Shown: piece after piece, positions 11,842-26,319 of the stretch
Layout of the letters: each line of letters begins with the position of its first letter
Numbering within the stretch: the stretch's first letter is position 1
From: Lama guanicoe
Lineage: Eukaryota
Assembly: GCA_013239625.1 (NCBI GenBank)
Contig: MU053685.1
Span: 10,133 to 50,640 of the forward strand
DNA length: 40,508 nt
Direction: 5' to 3'
Made by a program: the position numbers and the translations under genes
Notes under the pieces: generated by a model
What the model was told of the DNA's origin: nothing
Database searches by the model: none
Seen by the model: only the letters and a program-made list of their open reading frames with translations

Positions 11842-14800
11842 TTTTTTTCTTTTTTATACATTTTTAATTGGTTTAGAGTCATTTGACAAAGTTGTCTCCA
11901 ATTGCAGCATAGAGCACAATTTTTCAGTTACAATGAACATATATACATTTGTTGTCCCATTTTTTTTCCTGTGAGCTGTCATAAGGTCTTTTATATATTT
12001 CCCTGTCCTATAAAGTACAATCCTTTTTATCTATTCTACAGTATTGACCTCCAATTCTATCTCTCCCCGCCTTCCGCCCCCTTGGTAACCAAAACATTGT
12101 ATTCTATATCTGCGAGTCTATTTCTGTTTTGAATTTGGGCTTTTTTGGGTTTTCTTTTTGTTTTTTAAATTCCACTGATGAGCCATCACATATTGTATTT
12201 TTCTTTCTCTTTCTGGCTTAATTCACTTAGACTTATTTTCTCCAGGAGCATCCATGTTGCTGAAAATGGTGTTATGCAGGGAAATATACACAAATGTTAT
12301 GATAAATCACAGAGAAAAAAATGTGACAATGAGTGTGTATATGTCCATGAATGACTGAAAAATTGTGCTGAACATGCTGAACACTGGAATTTGACACAAC
12401 ACTGTAAAATGATTATGATTCATTAAAAAATGTAAAAAAAAAAAAAAGAAAATGGTGTTATGTTGTAGTTTTATATGGCTGACTAGTATTCCAATGTATA
12501 AATATACCACCTCTTCTTTTTCCAGTCAAATGTCGATGGACATTTAGGCTGTTTCCATGTCTTGGCTATTGTAAATAGTGCTGCTATGAACATTGGGGTG
12601 CAGGTGTCATCCTGAAGTAGGGTCCCTTCTGGATATATACCTAGGAGCGGGATTCCTGGGTCACATGGTAAGTCTATTCCTAGGCTTTTGAAGAATCTCC
12701 GTACTGTTTTCCACAGTGGCTGCACCAAACTGCATTGCTACCAGCACTGAAGTATGGTTTCCTTTTCTCCACAGCCTCTCCAGCATTTGTCATTTGTAGA
12801 TATTTGTATGATGGCCATTCTGACTAGTGTGAGATGATACCTCACTGTAGTTTTGATTTACATTTCTATGATAATCAGTGATATTGAGCATTTTCTGATG
12901 TATCTTTTGAACATTTGTATGTCTTCCATGAAGAATCACTTGTTTAGGTTTTCTGCCCATTTTTGGATTGCGTTGTTTATTTTTTCATATTCAATTGCAT
13001 GAGCTGATTCTATACTCTTAAGATCAAGCCTTTGTCGGTTTCATATGCAAATTATTTTCCCATTCAGCAGGTTGTCTTTTTTTTCAATTCCGGTTTCTAT
13101 ACTTTGCAGAAGCTTGTAAGTTTCATTATGTCTCATTTGTTTATTCTTGTTTTATTTCTTCTACAAGAATATTTTTGAGACATATGTCAGATAACGTTTT
13201 ACCTGTATTTTCCTCAAGGAGGTTTACTGTATCTTTTCTTATGTTTAAGTCTTTGGTCGATTCTGAGTTTATTTTTGTGTATGGTGTTCTACTTTTATTT
13301 GGAGTGTTCTAGCTTCATTGATTTACATGCTGCTGTCCAGTTTTCCCAACACCAGTTGCTGAAGGGACTGTCTCAATTCCATTGTACTTTTTTGCCTCCT
13401 TTGTCGAAGATTAATTGACCAAAAGTTTAAGGGTTCATTTCTGGGCTCTCTGTCCTGTTCCATTGGCTTATATATCTGTTTTGATACAAATAAACTGCTG
13501 TCATTTTGACTGTAGCTGTATATTATTATCTGAATCGTTAGCGTAAAGATATGCCATAGATTTCTGAATCTTAATATTGTAACCTGCTACCTTGCTGAAT
13601 TCTTCGATCAGCTGTAGAAGTTCTTGTCTAGATCTTGCAGGGTTTTCTATATATAGTAATATATTATCTGCATATAGTCAGACTTCTCCCTCTTCCTTTC
13701 CAACTTGCATCCCTTTTAATTCTCTCTCTTGTTTGATTGCTGTGGCTAGGACTTCCATGATTATATTGAGTTGGGGTGGTGATAGTGTGCATCCTTGTCT
13801 TGTCCCAGATTTTAGTTGGAAAATTTTGACTTTCTCACTTTTGAGTACTATGTTGGCTGTAGGTTTGTTTTCTATAGCTTTCATGATGCTGAAATATGTC
13901 CCCTCTATGCCCACTTTCATGAGAGTTTTTATCATACGTGGGTGTTGAATTTTATCAAATGCTATTCCTGCATCTATTGAGATGATCATGTGGTTTTGGT
14001 CCTTTCTCTTGTTGATGTGCTGTGTTACATTGATAGATTTGCATATGTTGAACCACCCCTGTGTCCCTGGCATGATCCCAAATTGGTCATGATGAATAAT
14101 CTTTTATCTGTGCTGTTGGATTCTATTTGCTACTATTTTGGTGTGGATTTTGGAGTCTGTGTTCATAAGAGATATTGGCCTATAATTCTCTTTTATGGTA
14201 GTGTCTTTGCCTGGTTGTTGTATCAGGGTAATTGTGGCTTCATAGAATGACTTTGGGAGTATTCCTTCCTTTTCAATCTTCTGGAAGAGTTTGAGAAGGA
14301 CTGGTATGAATTCTTCTCTGTATGTTTTGTAGAATTCCTCAGTGAATCCGTCCCGTCTGGCACTGCTATTTTTAGGGAGGTTTTATATTGCTATTTTTAT
14401 TTCATTTCTAGTGATCTGCTTGTTCAAGTGGTCAGTTTCTTCTTGATTCATTCTTTGTGGGCAGTATGTTTCCAGAAAGTTGTACATCTTCTCTAGTTAT
14501 CCAGTTAATTTCCATATTCTTTTAATAATATTTTCATATGTTATTCTATATTTCTTTTTTATTTGTTGTAATTTCTCCTTTCTCCTTTTTATTTTGCTAA
14601 TTTGTGTTCTCTCTCTTTTCTTTTATTTGAGTTTGGACAGTTGTTTGTTGATTTTATTTACTTTTTCAAAAAATAAGTTTTCTGTTCATTGAATTTTTCC
14701 CTATGGTGTTATTAACCTCTATTTTATAAGTTTCCCCCCCAATATTTATGATTTTCTTCCTTCTGCTTCCTTTTGGGGTTTTTTGTTCTTCTTTTTCTAG

Positions 14801-17800
14801 TGCTTTCTGCTGGTGGGTTACATTGCTTATTTGTGATTTTTCTTCTCTTTTGATGAAGGGCTGTATCGCTATAAACTCCCCTCTCAGCACTGCTTTCGAT
14901 GTGTCCCATAAATTTTGTGTGGTTTTGCTTTCATTTTCTTTTGTCTCAAGATACATTTTTATTTCATCTTTGACTTCTTAATTGAACCATTTTTTAATAA
15001 AATATTGTTTAATCTCCATGTTTTCCTTTTGTTCTCCTTTCTTTCTATGTTGTTGATTTCCAGCTTCATGACATTGTGTTCAGTAAAGATGCTTGTGGTA
15101 ATTTCTATCTTCTTAAAATTGCTGAGGATTCTTTTGTGCCCAAGTACATCATTAATCCTGGAAAATATTCCACTTCACTTCAAAATTATGTATATCCTAT
15201 TTTGGGTGTTGCAATGCTCTGAAATTATCCATCAAGTGTAATATTTCTATTGTATTATTTAACTTCTCTGTTGCCTAGTTTATTTTCTGTCTCGATGATC
15301 TGTCCAGCGATGTTAATGCAGTGTTGAAATCTCCAAATATAAATCCCCCTTTATATCTGTAAGTAATTACATTATGTACTGATGTGCTCCTGTATTTGGT
15401 GCATAAGTATTAACGAGGGTGCTATCCTCATATTGTATCAGTCCTTCATCATTATAAAATGTCCTTCTTTATCTTACTTTATGGCCTATGTTTTAAGACT
15501 ATTTTGTCTGCAATCAGTACTACAACACCTGCTTTTTTGGCTTTTCCAATTGTATGGAATACCCTTTTCCATCATTTCACTCTTAATCTATATGTGTCCT
15601 TCTCTCTGAAGTGGGTCTCTTGTATGCAACATATTGAAGGTTCTTGCTTTATTATCCAGCCTGCCACTCTATGACTTTCGACTGGAGCATTTAGTCCATT
15701 AACATTTACACTAATTGATAATATTTTTGATTTTATTGCCATTTTCACCTTATTTTCCAGTTGCTTTAGTATTTCCTCTTTGTTCATTTCATCTTCCTTT
15801 TATTGTTTGGTAATTTTCCTTTGTATTATCATAAAATTTAATTAGTTTTAGAGACCCCTGGTAAGATTTGTCTTCTTATTACCCTTTTTATAAGTCTTTT
15901 AGACCATTATTATAACAACATTTATTAAACTGATAGTAACATGATCTCAAACCCATCCTACCAAAACAAAAAAAATTAAATGAAAGACCAAAAAAAAATT
16001 CTCTATTTTCCTGCCTCCCTCTCCCACTCTCAATGATTTGTATGTCTTGTTTTAAAATTTGGTGTTTATTTTATTTGTAATTCATGAGTTATCACATTTC
16101 CAGCTGTGAGTTTCACATTTCTGTAGCACCCTGCTTCTTTTCTTTTAGAGAAGTCCTTTCAATATTTCTTTTAGCATGGGTCTAGTGTTGCTAAATTCTT
16201 GAATCTTTTTTTTCTGTGAAATTCTTTATGTCTTCTTCTACCATAAAGGATAGGCTTGCTGGTCAAAGTATCCTTCTGTATATCACTTTTTTATTCCAGA
16301 CTTTCAATATACCTTGCCACTCCATTCTGCCCTGTAGTATTTGTGTAGTGAAATCAGCTGGGAGCCTTCTGGGGATTCCCTTGTAACTCACTCTTTGCTA
16401 TGTTCTTGTTGTCTTTAGGATCATTTCTTTTTCCTTGATTCTGGCCATCTTAATTATATGACTTTGTGTGAGTGTATTTGGGTTTTTCTGTTTGGGAAAC
16501 TCTGAGCTTCCTGTACTTGTATATCTGATTCGTTCTTTAAGTTTGGGAATTTCTCAGTCATGAATTCTTCAAACACCTTTACAATCCTCTTTGATCTTTC
16601 CTCCACTTCTGGGACTTCTATCATACCAAGATTGGCATTCAATCTATTATCCCATAAGTCCCTTATTCTTTTTTTATTTGTTTCTCATTGTTTCTCTTGT
16701 AGATATTCTAATTGGGTGCATTCTATTGTCCTGTCATCTAAGTCACTAATTCGTTCCTCTGTGTTATCTAGTCAGCTTTGCAACACCTTTAGATCATTCC
16801 TCTTCTCAGTGAACGAGTTTACCTATTCTACTTGGCTCTTCCTTACAGCTTACATTTCATTTTTAACATATTTTATATTTCTAAACATTATCTCTTTTAT
16901 TTCCTTCAGTAATTTGATCACACCATTTTTGAATTCTTGATCTATTAGGCCCTCGAAGTCTATCTCATTGATCATTCTTTCAGGGGATTTCTCTTGTGCT
17001 TTTAATTGGGAATGGTTTCTCTGTTGCTTCGTCTTACTTCTACCTATCTGGCACTGTTTTTTGGAGTATAAGTTATCTATTGTGGTCCTAAAATAGTTTA
17101 TCAAACTATTGCCTATGTAGTATTACAACTTATAAAAGAGAAAAAGAGAGATATAAAGAATTTTTAAGAAGGGAGAAAAAAGGTTTGAAGACATTATATA
17201 GTGAATAATAGAAAAGCAAGTTGATGCAGAGTTATGAAAAATTATAATAATAAAAATATTTTTATAAATTTCAAAGTGATTAAAATGGGGGTATATATAA
17301 TTGCAGAAGAAGTAGAAATTAGGAGGGTAATAGAAAATGGAACAGGTAAAAACAGATTATAACAAGGTGGTGGTCAGTGTCCTCCTGGTGACTGTGTACT
17401 TTAAATGCGAAATCTTTCTTTATTCATTCCGTTTTGGAAGCTCAGCTTGCTGTTTTCACTGGCCCTCCATTTTCACCCTCATCTGTGCTGCTTCCAGGGC
17501 ATGTTGGTAAGCAGATGTCTCCTACACCCAACGCTGTGTCAGGTGCAGCTCTCTTTAATCTGGGCTGGCTTGTCACTGCCCTGCCAGCTGCTGCAGTCAG
17601 ATGTTGCAGACTGACAAGGCAGGATTGCACATCACGCCCTCTCCCAACCCCATGGTCAGGGGCTACATTTCAGCCCAAAATGTGGGGGGCAACCTGCTTC
17701 CTCAGTGTGCCGATCACTCTGCTGCTCTGTGCCACTGTACACTCTGCCTCAGGTATGCACACCTTAATTGGGCTCAGGAGGAAGACTGAGGAACTGCCCT

Positions 17801-18639
17801 TTCCCTGGTCTGGGCCAAAATCCAGCTCCTTGTTTGAATTGGCATACAAGTTCCCTGAGGAATCATTACATTAGGACCCTATCTGCCTCAGGCTGTAGAG
17901 AACTCTCGGTCTGGCCCTTGATGTTGCTAAGTCCTTAGGTGTAGATGCAGTTTTTGCCCCCGCTGCCACCTGGGTGCAAAGCACCAGAGTGTTTGGTGGA
18001 TGTGTCTGAGACCCAGCTCTCTTCATCTAGAAACTTTTGTGGATTTTCAGAGATGGCGAATGCACCCTTCACCCCACAGGGCACATTTGCCCTGTTGCTT
18101 TATGGAGGGCCCAGGTTTTTCTGCCCTGTGAACCCACAGCCATGACACAAAGCCCACTCCATTCCCCCGGGCTGCCACTATGCAGCCATCCCCATCTAAC
18201 ACCCAGTTCGGGCAGCATGGCCCTGCCCCCAGCTTCCAGGCTGCATCATTTGCTGGGTCTCACAGGGATCCTCTGTGCCTGTTTAACTTAGTTTTGTCAG
18301 TCAACTTATACTTTGTACAGGTACAAGCCTTGGAAGCTCCCCCTCTGTCCTGCTAAACTCTCAGTTGGAGAGGGGAGACACAGTGAATGAGCACCAGTCC
18401 TTCTTTGATGCTCCCTCCCCGTGGTATCTGTCCCACTCTGTTTTGCCTTTTCTTCTTTCTTTCTTCCTTTTCTAATACCAGGTTTTTCACATCTTTATAG
18501 ATTGAAGAGAACAATGATCTGTCACAGTTCTGCAGGTTCTCTGGTTAGCTGAGTGGGTCTGTGAATGTGAGTGTTGGTGCATTTGTGGGAAAGGGTGAGC
18601 TACAAGCATCCTTCTGCTCCACCATCTTTGTCTCCCCCC
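11842..18639 (-). mobile_element. Near full-length decayed LINE-1 (5' UTR, ORF1, ORF2, 3' UTR), camelid-like
   Basis: The 5' end reads GGGGGGAGACAAAGATGGTGGAGCAGAAGG at ~18638, with a GC-richer 5' UTR at ~17370-18639. ORF1 starts at ~17032 (TKQQRNHSQLK...; NLGMIEVPEVEER). ORF2 ATG is at 15742 (MAIKSKILSISVNVNGLNAP), with RT blocks [14 protein letters not shown]...[10 protein letters not shown] and C-terminal MVQPLWKTV...CTPMFIAALFTIAKTWKQPKCP. A T-rich tail lies at ~11842-11870. Confidence 0.95.
12277..12447 (+). mobile_element. ~170-bp 5'-truncated young L1 3' end inserted antisense into the long L1
   Basis: cagggaaatatacacaaatg...acactgtaaaatgattatgattcattaaaaaatgt followed by an A tail. 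It has a perfect 15-bp TSD gaaaatggtgttatg (12262-12276 and 12448-12462). Confidence 0.92.
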
Positions 18640-21600
18640 AAAAATGTCTCACTTTATGGTGGAAGATAATCATAGTCTTGAAATAAATGGAAAAGTTACT
18701 CCATGGAAATGACAAGAAAGTGCAGTTTGCAATGCTCAACTCATTCAAAATAGGTTTTAAAATAAGGGCCAAAATGAAAGAGATATGTGATTATATAGAA
18801 AATGACATCAATATAAAAATTAGGGATTACACTCATTAAATTATATATGTCCCAACACCATAGATCCTAATTATAAAATGAAATTTTAGTAGATATGAAA
18901 TAATTAATTCATTTTAAAACAATAAGAGTAGATGAGTTTGACACCTCACCATTGTGATGATCAGATCATCCAGCAAGAAAATCTGTAAGGAAACAGAGGT
19001 CTTAATTGCATATTAAATCACTTAAACCTAACGGAGCTATTGGACACTGCATCAGAAAAGCAGAACACATAAACTTTTCAAGTGTTCACAGGATGTTATG
19101 TAAGGAAATAACCACATATTATGTCATGAAAAAAGCCTCAGGAACTTTAAGCAAATATAGATAAGAGCAATTATTTTTCCATACACAAAATTATGAAACT
19201 ATGCATCAACTCTTGAAAGAAGTATAGGAAAATCACAAACATGAGATCAAACAACTTCTTTTAAAAAAATACAATAAAACAAGGCCTATGATGAAATCAA
19301 AGAGGTAATAAAATCATACCTGGGGACAAATTACAGTGAAAACACAGCTTCATAAATGTATGGCATGCATGAAAGACAAATCTATGAAGTAATTTGGGAA
19401 CAAATATGGCGTTCTACAATGAACAAGAAAAAAATCATACAAAGGACCAAGCATAACACCCAAAATAACAACAAATAAGATCAAACAAAACCCAAAGGCA
19501 GTAGAATGAGAAATCTTTAATGATTAGGTTGAAAATAAATTAAATAAAATTTGAAAAATAAATCATACATTTTACAAATCATAAAATCAACAGCTTAAAT
19601 ATTTCTTAAAATATTAACAATCAGGAAAGCATTTAGCTAGGCTTATCAAGAAATACTGAGACTGGACCCAAACAAAATAAGAAATGAAATACTAGTAATA
19701 ATATCTGATATTACAGAAATCCAAAAAAAATTTTATGGAAGCACTGTGAGATGTTATGTGACAAACCAACTGGACGACCTAAATGAAATGGAGAAATTTA
19801 TAAAAATGTACAGCCTGCCAAGACTGAAAAAGAGAAAACTGAGAACTTGAATGGAGCAATCAGTATAAGTTAAATGAAATGTATAATTTTAAATACACCC
19901 CTTGAACAAAATGTCTGGATTCCATGACTAAAAACCCTTTCCCCCCAACTATTTTAAAAAATGAAGGAGGGAGTACAATTCCCAAATTTATTTCATGAGG
20001 CCAAAATTACCCTTATAACAAAACTAGTCAAAGACACTACGAAAAAAAATGGAAATGAAAATCCAATATCCTTAATGAATATAGATTCAAAAATCCACGA
20101 AAAACTTCAACAATTAATCCAGGAATACATAGAAATTATTATAAATGGTGATCAGTTGGAATCTTTCCAGAGTCATAAGAATGGTTCAACATACACAAGT
20201 CAAGCAGCATGACACATATCTAATAAACTAAGGACAAATTTCACAAGACCATGTCAATACACAAAGAAAAAGCATTTGCCAACATTCAACATACATTCAT
20301 CATCAGAAATCTCATGAAAGTGAGTACAATTTGAACATTACTCAACATACTAAAGGCTATTTATAACAATTTATAACACTCAGGGGAAAGGCTGAAAGCC
20401 TTCTGGGGAAATTCGGGAACAAGACAAAGATTGCTATTCTCACCACTTCTGTTCAATAGTAATAGAAGAAAGGAAAAGGAAAAGAAAAAGAAGTAAAAGA
20501 AACACAAAATGGAATGAAAGAGGCAAAATTGTCACCAGTAGTGAAGGCATAAAAATCTACACAGAGTGTCCTAAGGGCTCCACACTGACTATTATGAACA
20601 ATAAATAATTTCATCAAGGGAGCAGGGTACAAGATTAATGTAAAGACGTCTCTTGCATTTGCCCAGATTAATCATGATATACCATAAAATGGACGTTGAA
20701 AGCAATAATATTTAAAAGCCCATACCCCCGAATATCTTGAAAAATGTAACCATATATTTGAAAGAACTACACACTGAAAATTATAAAACATTGACAAAGA
20801 AATTAAAAACGGTTCCAAGAAATGGAAAAATGTCTTGTGGTCTTGGATTGAAAAAGATCGTATTGTTAACATGACTTTACTACACAAAGATACCTAAGGA
20901 TTTAGTGCAATTCCCCTTACAAAGCTGTAGTATTTTCCACAGAACCAGAAAATAAATAACTCTAAGTTTTACATGAAACCATTAAAAATTGCCAAAATGA
21001 TCTTGAGAAAAAACAACAAATCTGGAGGTTTAACCCTCCTGGGTAAATTGCTATAATACAAACCTACAGTGAAAAAACCACCATGGCATTGGCACAGAGA
21101 CACAATCAATAAAAACATGGGGAGCCTAGAAATAATTCCACACACCTATGAGCAATGAATCTACGATAAAAGAGGCAGGATTTCACAATGGAGAAAGACA
21201 GTCTCGTCAATGGATGGTGTTGGGAAATCTATACATCTATATGTAAAACAGTGAAACAAGAGCATTCCCTGACATCATATATAAAAATAAACTCCAAGTG
21301 TATTAAGGACCTAAATGTAAGACCTGATACTATAAAACTGCTTGAAGGGAATATAGGTGATACACTATTGGATATACATCATAGGAATATTTTATTATTT
21401 CAGTCTCCTTAGGCAAAATAAATAAAAGGAAAAATAAACAAGTGGGACCTAAACAAAATTGAAAATTTCTGCACAGCTAAGGACACAATCAATGAAATTA
21501 AAGACTGCCTGTGTAATTGGAGAACATATTTGCAAACAATGCAAGTGACCATGGGTTAATAGATGTAGGTTAATATATATAACATGGATTTAGGTTACAC

Positions 21601-22513
21601 AACTCAAGGTGAAAAACAAAAACCCAATCAAAAACAAGAGCAGAGTACCTGAGTTTGTTTTTCTCCAAAGAAAACATTCAGATGAGTAATAGGCAAATGA
21701 TAAAATTTCACAACATTATTAACTATTAGGTAATTGCAAATAAAAACAAAAATGAGGTATCACTTCACACTGGTCAAACGACTATTATCAAAAAATCTAC
21801 AAATAGTAAGGGTTGGAGACAATGTGGAGGTAAGAAATCTCTTGTATACTCTCGGTATTAATGGAAATTTGTAGACCTTCTAAGGAAAACAGTATTCATA
21901 TTTGTTTAACAACTTAAAATTTAACTATCATATGACCCAGTAATAACTCTCCTCAGAAAAATCTGGGGAAAACACCCTAAATTGAGAAGAACCAATGTTC
22001 AAAACAGCACTGTTAATAATATGCAAGACAGGGAAGAAATCCAAGAGTCCACAGAAGACTATGGACTTAAGAAGAAATGATGTTTCTATTAATATGCAAT
22101 GGAATATTACTCAGCCATGAAAAAGTATAACACATTGCTATTTCAGCATCGCGAAAGGACCTAGTAAATATTGTGCTTAGTGAAGTAACTTAGACAAAGA
22201 CAAAAGTATATAATATAATTTATATGTGGAATCTAAAGAATAACATATCTGTGTACATCTATGTATAGCTATCTATTGATAGATGACAGATAAAAACATT
22301 GACAGATAGAAAGTAGTATATATTAAGTAGTGAAGCAACAAGGATAATCTGTATAGACTAGGGAACTATACACAATAGCTTAAAATAATTGTATGTTACA
22401 CTTACTGAAATATTTCATAATGCAATATAATTTACAAAGTGGTTAGAATATCTAAGTTGTACATCTGAAACTGCACAATATTATCATCTACTGTACTTCA
22501 ATTAAAAATAAAA
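18640..22513 (+). mobile_element. Older LINE-1, ORF2 (endonuclease onward) through 3' UTR
   Basis: ORF 19961-20212 (PNLFHEAKITLITKLVKD...PISLMNIDSKI) and ORF 21188-21412 (KDSLVNGWCWE...KINSKCIKDLNVRPDTIKLLE). It ends in ctgtacttcaattaaaaataaaa. Confidence 0.88.
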
Positions 22514-22519
22514 CATATC

Positions 22520-24540
22520 ATGTATAATTAGTCGTTTTTACACTGATAGCATATTTCTTTAATATTGTTTTATTTACTCCTTACTTTTTAGGATTACTCT
22601 TTCGAATTATTTCTTTTACTCTTGTGAACATACCAGTTTGAATTATCTATATTTATTGCCCCTGATTTCCTATTTTTCTCTCTTTTATCCATATAGTATA
22701 GTAGCATTTAAGAACATACCCAAAGAAACAGTTGCAAATTTCTCGTGGTCTCTCCTTAGCATTTTGGTCAATGTTTTGCATATTATTGCCACTTTATATT
22801 TCTTAGAATACTTCTTTTCTACACCTCTTATAAGGTGTCTCGGTTTTGTTTTTTCATCTCATTCAGCGTTCATTTGTCTGTTAAAGTCTTTACTTCCACT
22901 TTATATCTAAGTGATAACTGTGTAAGTATTATTGGGTGAGTGATTTCTTATTTCAGTAGTTTGAAAATACAATTTTATTTACCCTAGGTGCATGTTTTCT
23001 GCTCAGAAATCTGCTGATAGCCTAATGGGGGTTCCTTTGTAGATTATCATAAATTTTTTTTGGCTGCCTTTAAAATTTTACTCTGTCATTGTCCTGTCAA
23101 ATTGCACATGACTTATCTTGAAGGAGGTCCCTTTGTCTTAAATTTATTGGTGTTTTGTTGGGTCACGGACTTGTATATCACTTCCTTACACAGGATCGGG
23201 AAGTTATTAACTATTACTTCTTTAAATAAACCAACAGCTGCCTTCTAACTGTCTTCTCCCTCCAGGATTCCACTGTAAAGTGCAGTTCCTGAGGAAGTCT
23301 GATGGCTACTGTAGAATTTCCCCACTTTTTAATATCTTGAATCTCTGCCCTCTCCTATCATTTCTAGTTTTGTATTGCTGAGTTTGCTAATCTCTCTTCC
23401 ACAAAGACACTCTAGTTCCAATGCATTCTGTTGCATTATTCATCTCATTTATTAAATTCTCCTGGTCCTCCAATAATGTTTGGTTATTTTATAGTTTCAG
23501 TCTCTTTGGTAATGTATCCCTTCTCATCATTTCATTTATTCCTCAGCTCTCTAATCTGCTTTCTTTGTTTTGTTTCTTGTATTGAGTTTCTGTATGACAC
23601 CTATTTGGATTCTCTATTAGTTATCTGGCAATACACCATGACTTTAAGTTTGTCTGCTGCAGGGTTGACATTGTGTGTTTGTGTGTGTGCAGGTACGTGT
23701 GCGTGTGCGTGTGTGTCTGTGTCAGTGTCGGTGTCTGTGTGCGTGTATCTGTGTGTGTGCGTGCCCTATAATGTTACTGTGATTGATCATGATCTTGATA
23801 AATTATTGCTCTGATGACACTAAATAACAGATTTGAAGTTGGAGTCCTTATTTTTGTTTTCTGGTAGCTTGCATTATTACACAATTTTTGGTTTTACTTA
23901 CCTGAGCTACCTCTGATAATATTTCAAAATGGCACTTTCCAGTCGCTACTGTCTGGATAAAAGATGTGATTTCATTGTCACTTCTTAGACTTGTCTGGTA
24001 ATTAATGCCACTGTTGTCACTGGGACTTAGAACCCTTCTTTTATCTGATATCCCATGAGAATCAGTGTACACATTGAGAAAAGGTGTAAAGACAGGTGGG
24101 TATTTGGAATCAGGCAAGTGCATTTGCCATGTCCATTGTTGCAAGGTATCTTGTCTTCACCACTGTTAATGGGGAGTAGGGATATTTTCATGAATGTCTG
24201 AGTGTGTGAAGGATGGAATTTCTGTCTCCATTGTGGCTCCCTCCTAGTTACCTGTGATCATGAGTACTGGTGCAGTTGGAGACCGAATCTGTGTGAACCA
24301 CTGAGACCCTGATTCTACTGGGTTCTCTGAACTTGTGGACTCAGATATCCTATTCAGGGGGCCTTGGTTGCAGACACCGACTCTGCTCTTCCCTCATTTC
24401 AGCCTCCTTTGTGTGTTTAATCTACCGGACTTTACCAGTTCACATGTGTCCTGGAGTATTTTTTTGTGTTGTAGTTATTTTTATTCAGATGTGAAAGTTC
24501 ACTGACTGTAGATGTATGGGGAGAGATAAAAAGATTTTAA
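22520..24540 (-). mobile_element. Old L1 5' portion (ORF1 region and probable 5' UTR remnant), antisense
   Basis: ttttctgctcagaaatctgctgatagcctaatgggggttcctttgtag and ggctgcctttaaaatttt are antisense L1 ORF1 sequence. The right-hand boundary is uncertain. Confidence 0.65.
23672..23763. repeat. Imperfect (TG)n microsatellite
   Basis: tgtgtgtttgtgtgtgtgcaggtacgtgtgcgtgtgcgtgtgtgtctgtgt... Confidence 0.85.
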
Positions 24541-24659
24541 ACTTATATCACTTTTAAAATATACTTTTTCAATTAAAAGCTTAAATTCTAATAAGGACCT
24601 TATAAGAACACTAAAGAAAGTGAAAAAATCACCTCCCTTAATATCATGGTACTACAAAA

Positions 24660-26310
24660 TATTTTGATTTTCCTGGGTTATTTTCTTCAATGTTTTTCCC
24701 ACATACATGCACATTTTACTAAAATGTATCCCTATAATCTCTTTAAAATCAATTAAATTATTAAAATATTTCTCTATGCTGTAAATATAGCACTGTTGGT
24801 TCTCTAATTTATTACAAGTAGCTTGCACATTTCTGTCTTCTCCATCCTTCTTCCCTTTCCCCACTGGAAAACACTTCTTGGTACAGTACACATATACATG
24901 TGATTCTTTTCCTGTTTGTTTTATGATTATTTCTCTTATGTCTTTATTTCCCTCATTTAAGTGACAACATAGAGTGTTTTTCTCTGTATGACTTATTTTC
25001 CTATGTGCAACACTGTCTGGGTCCAGTCACATTGTTCCAAATGGCAGAAGTTTATTTTTTAATATACAATGACTAAGTATTTATTATGTTATCTATATCT
25101 CACATCTATTTCAGCCAGTCATCTGTTGATGGGCAGTTGATTTGTGCTTCTATCCTTGGCTACTATAAATGATGATGTTAAGAACATTGGGGTAATATAT
25201 TCTTTAAGTTTATCTTTACTTTTTTTCAGATTTATACCAAAAACTGGAATTGCTGCAACATATAATGCTTCTATTTCTAGTTTTCTGGGCACTGTCCATA
25301 CTTTTATAATAGTGGATACATCAATTTATGTTTCCACCAATAGTGTACATGGGATCCCACTTATCGACATTTTTATTAATGTTTGTCACTTGTAGACTTT
25401 TGTTAATAGCCATTTTGGTTGCTGTAAGATTATATTTCATTCTGATATTGTTATATGTTTTCCTAATGAATAGCAAAGTTATGTTTCTTTCTATGTGCAT
25501 GAAAACCATACACATGTCATTTTTCAAAAGTTTCCATGAAGATTCTTCAACTGTTTTTAATTTGAGGTCTTTAATTTTTAAATATTGAGTCTAATATGCT
25601 ATATATATATTATGGATATTAACATCTTGTTGTTCTCATTGTCTGAAATTTTTCCTTCTATTCTGTCTCTTATCATACGTCTTGTTGAAGGTTTCCTTTG
25701 CTCTGCAAAAGTTTTTGCACTTCACACTTATACAAGAAATAGAATCCCTGTATGGCATAGTACATCTATTTTTTCCTCAGTAAACAAAAACTGTAATTGT
25801 TAGTTTTCCTTTTTTTTAAATTTGGAGATAGATCAAAAATAATGATTGCTATGATTTATCTCAAAGTCAGTTCTGCTCCTGTTCTTGGTCAGAAATTGTA
25901 TAGTTTCAGGCTTTACATTTAGGAAATTAATCCATTTTTATCTCATTTTTTATACTATGGAAGGAAGTGCTTTTACAACTTCCTTTTATATGTACTGTCT
26001 TGTTTTGTCAGAACTAGTTGCTGAAGAGACTGTCTCTTTTCATTGTACACTCTTGCCTCCTTCTTTGTTGACTAATTGACCATATGTGTGTGAGTTTATT
26101 TTTGGACTCTTCATTTTGTTCCATTAATCTATGTGCTTCTATAAGTGCCATATTTTTATGTATTGATTACTGTAGCTTTGTAGTATGTTCTAAACTCAGG
26201 GATGGTAATACCCACAGCTTTTTACATTTTTCAACATAATTTTAGAAAATTTGGGTCTTTCAGATATATGTACAAATTTTATAATTTTTCTCCTTGTTTT
26301 GTGAAGAAAC
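24660..26310 (-). mobile_element. Old LINE-1 3' UTR and ORF2 3' part, antisense
   Basis: cagtcatctgttgatgggcagttg, ctatccttggctactataaat, gattactgtagctttgtagtat. Confidence 0.8.
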
Positions 26311-26319
26311 TTAAGGATT

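Noticed and set aside
13678..14073. Reverse-transcriptase-like ORF that might suggest a novel retroelement or prokaryotic RT system
   Set aside because: It is canonical LINE-1 ORF2, broken by stops, with the catalytic motif degraded to YADN. No CRISPR array, operon structure, tRNA or rRNA was seen anywhere in the window.
17370..18639. GC-richer island with several overlapping ORFs; possible gene promoter
   Set aside because: It is the CpG-depleted 5' UTR of the minus-strand L1, and the ORFs show no recognisable protein family.
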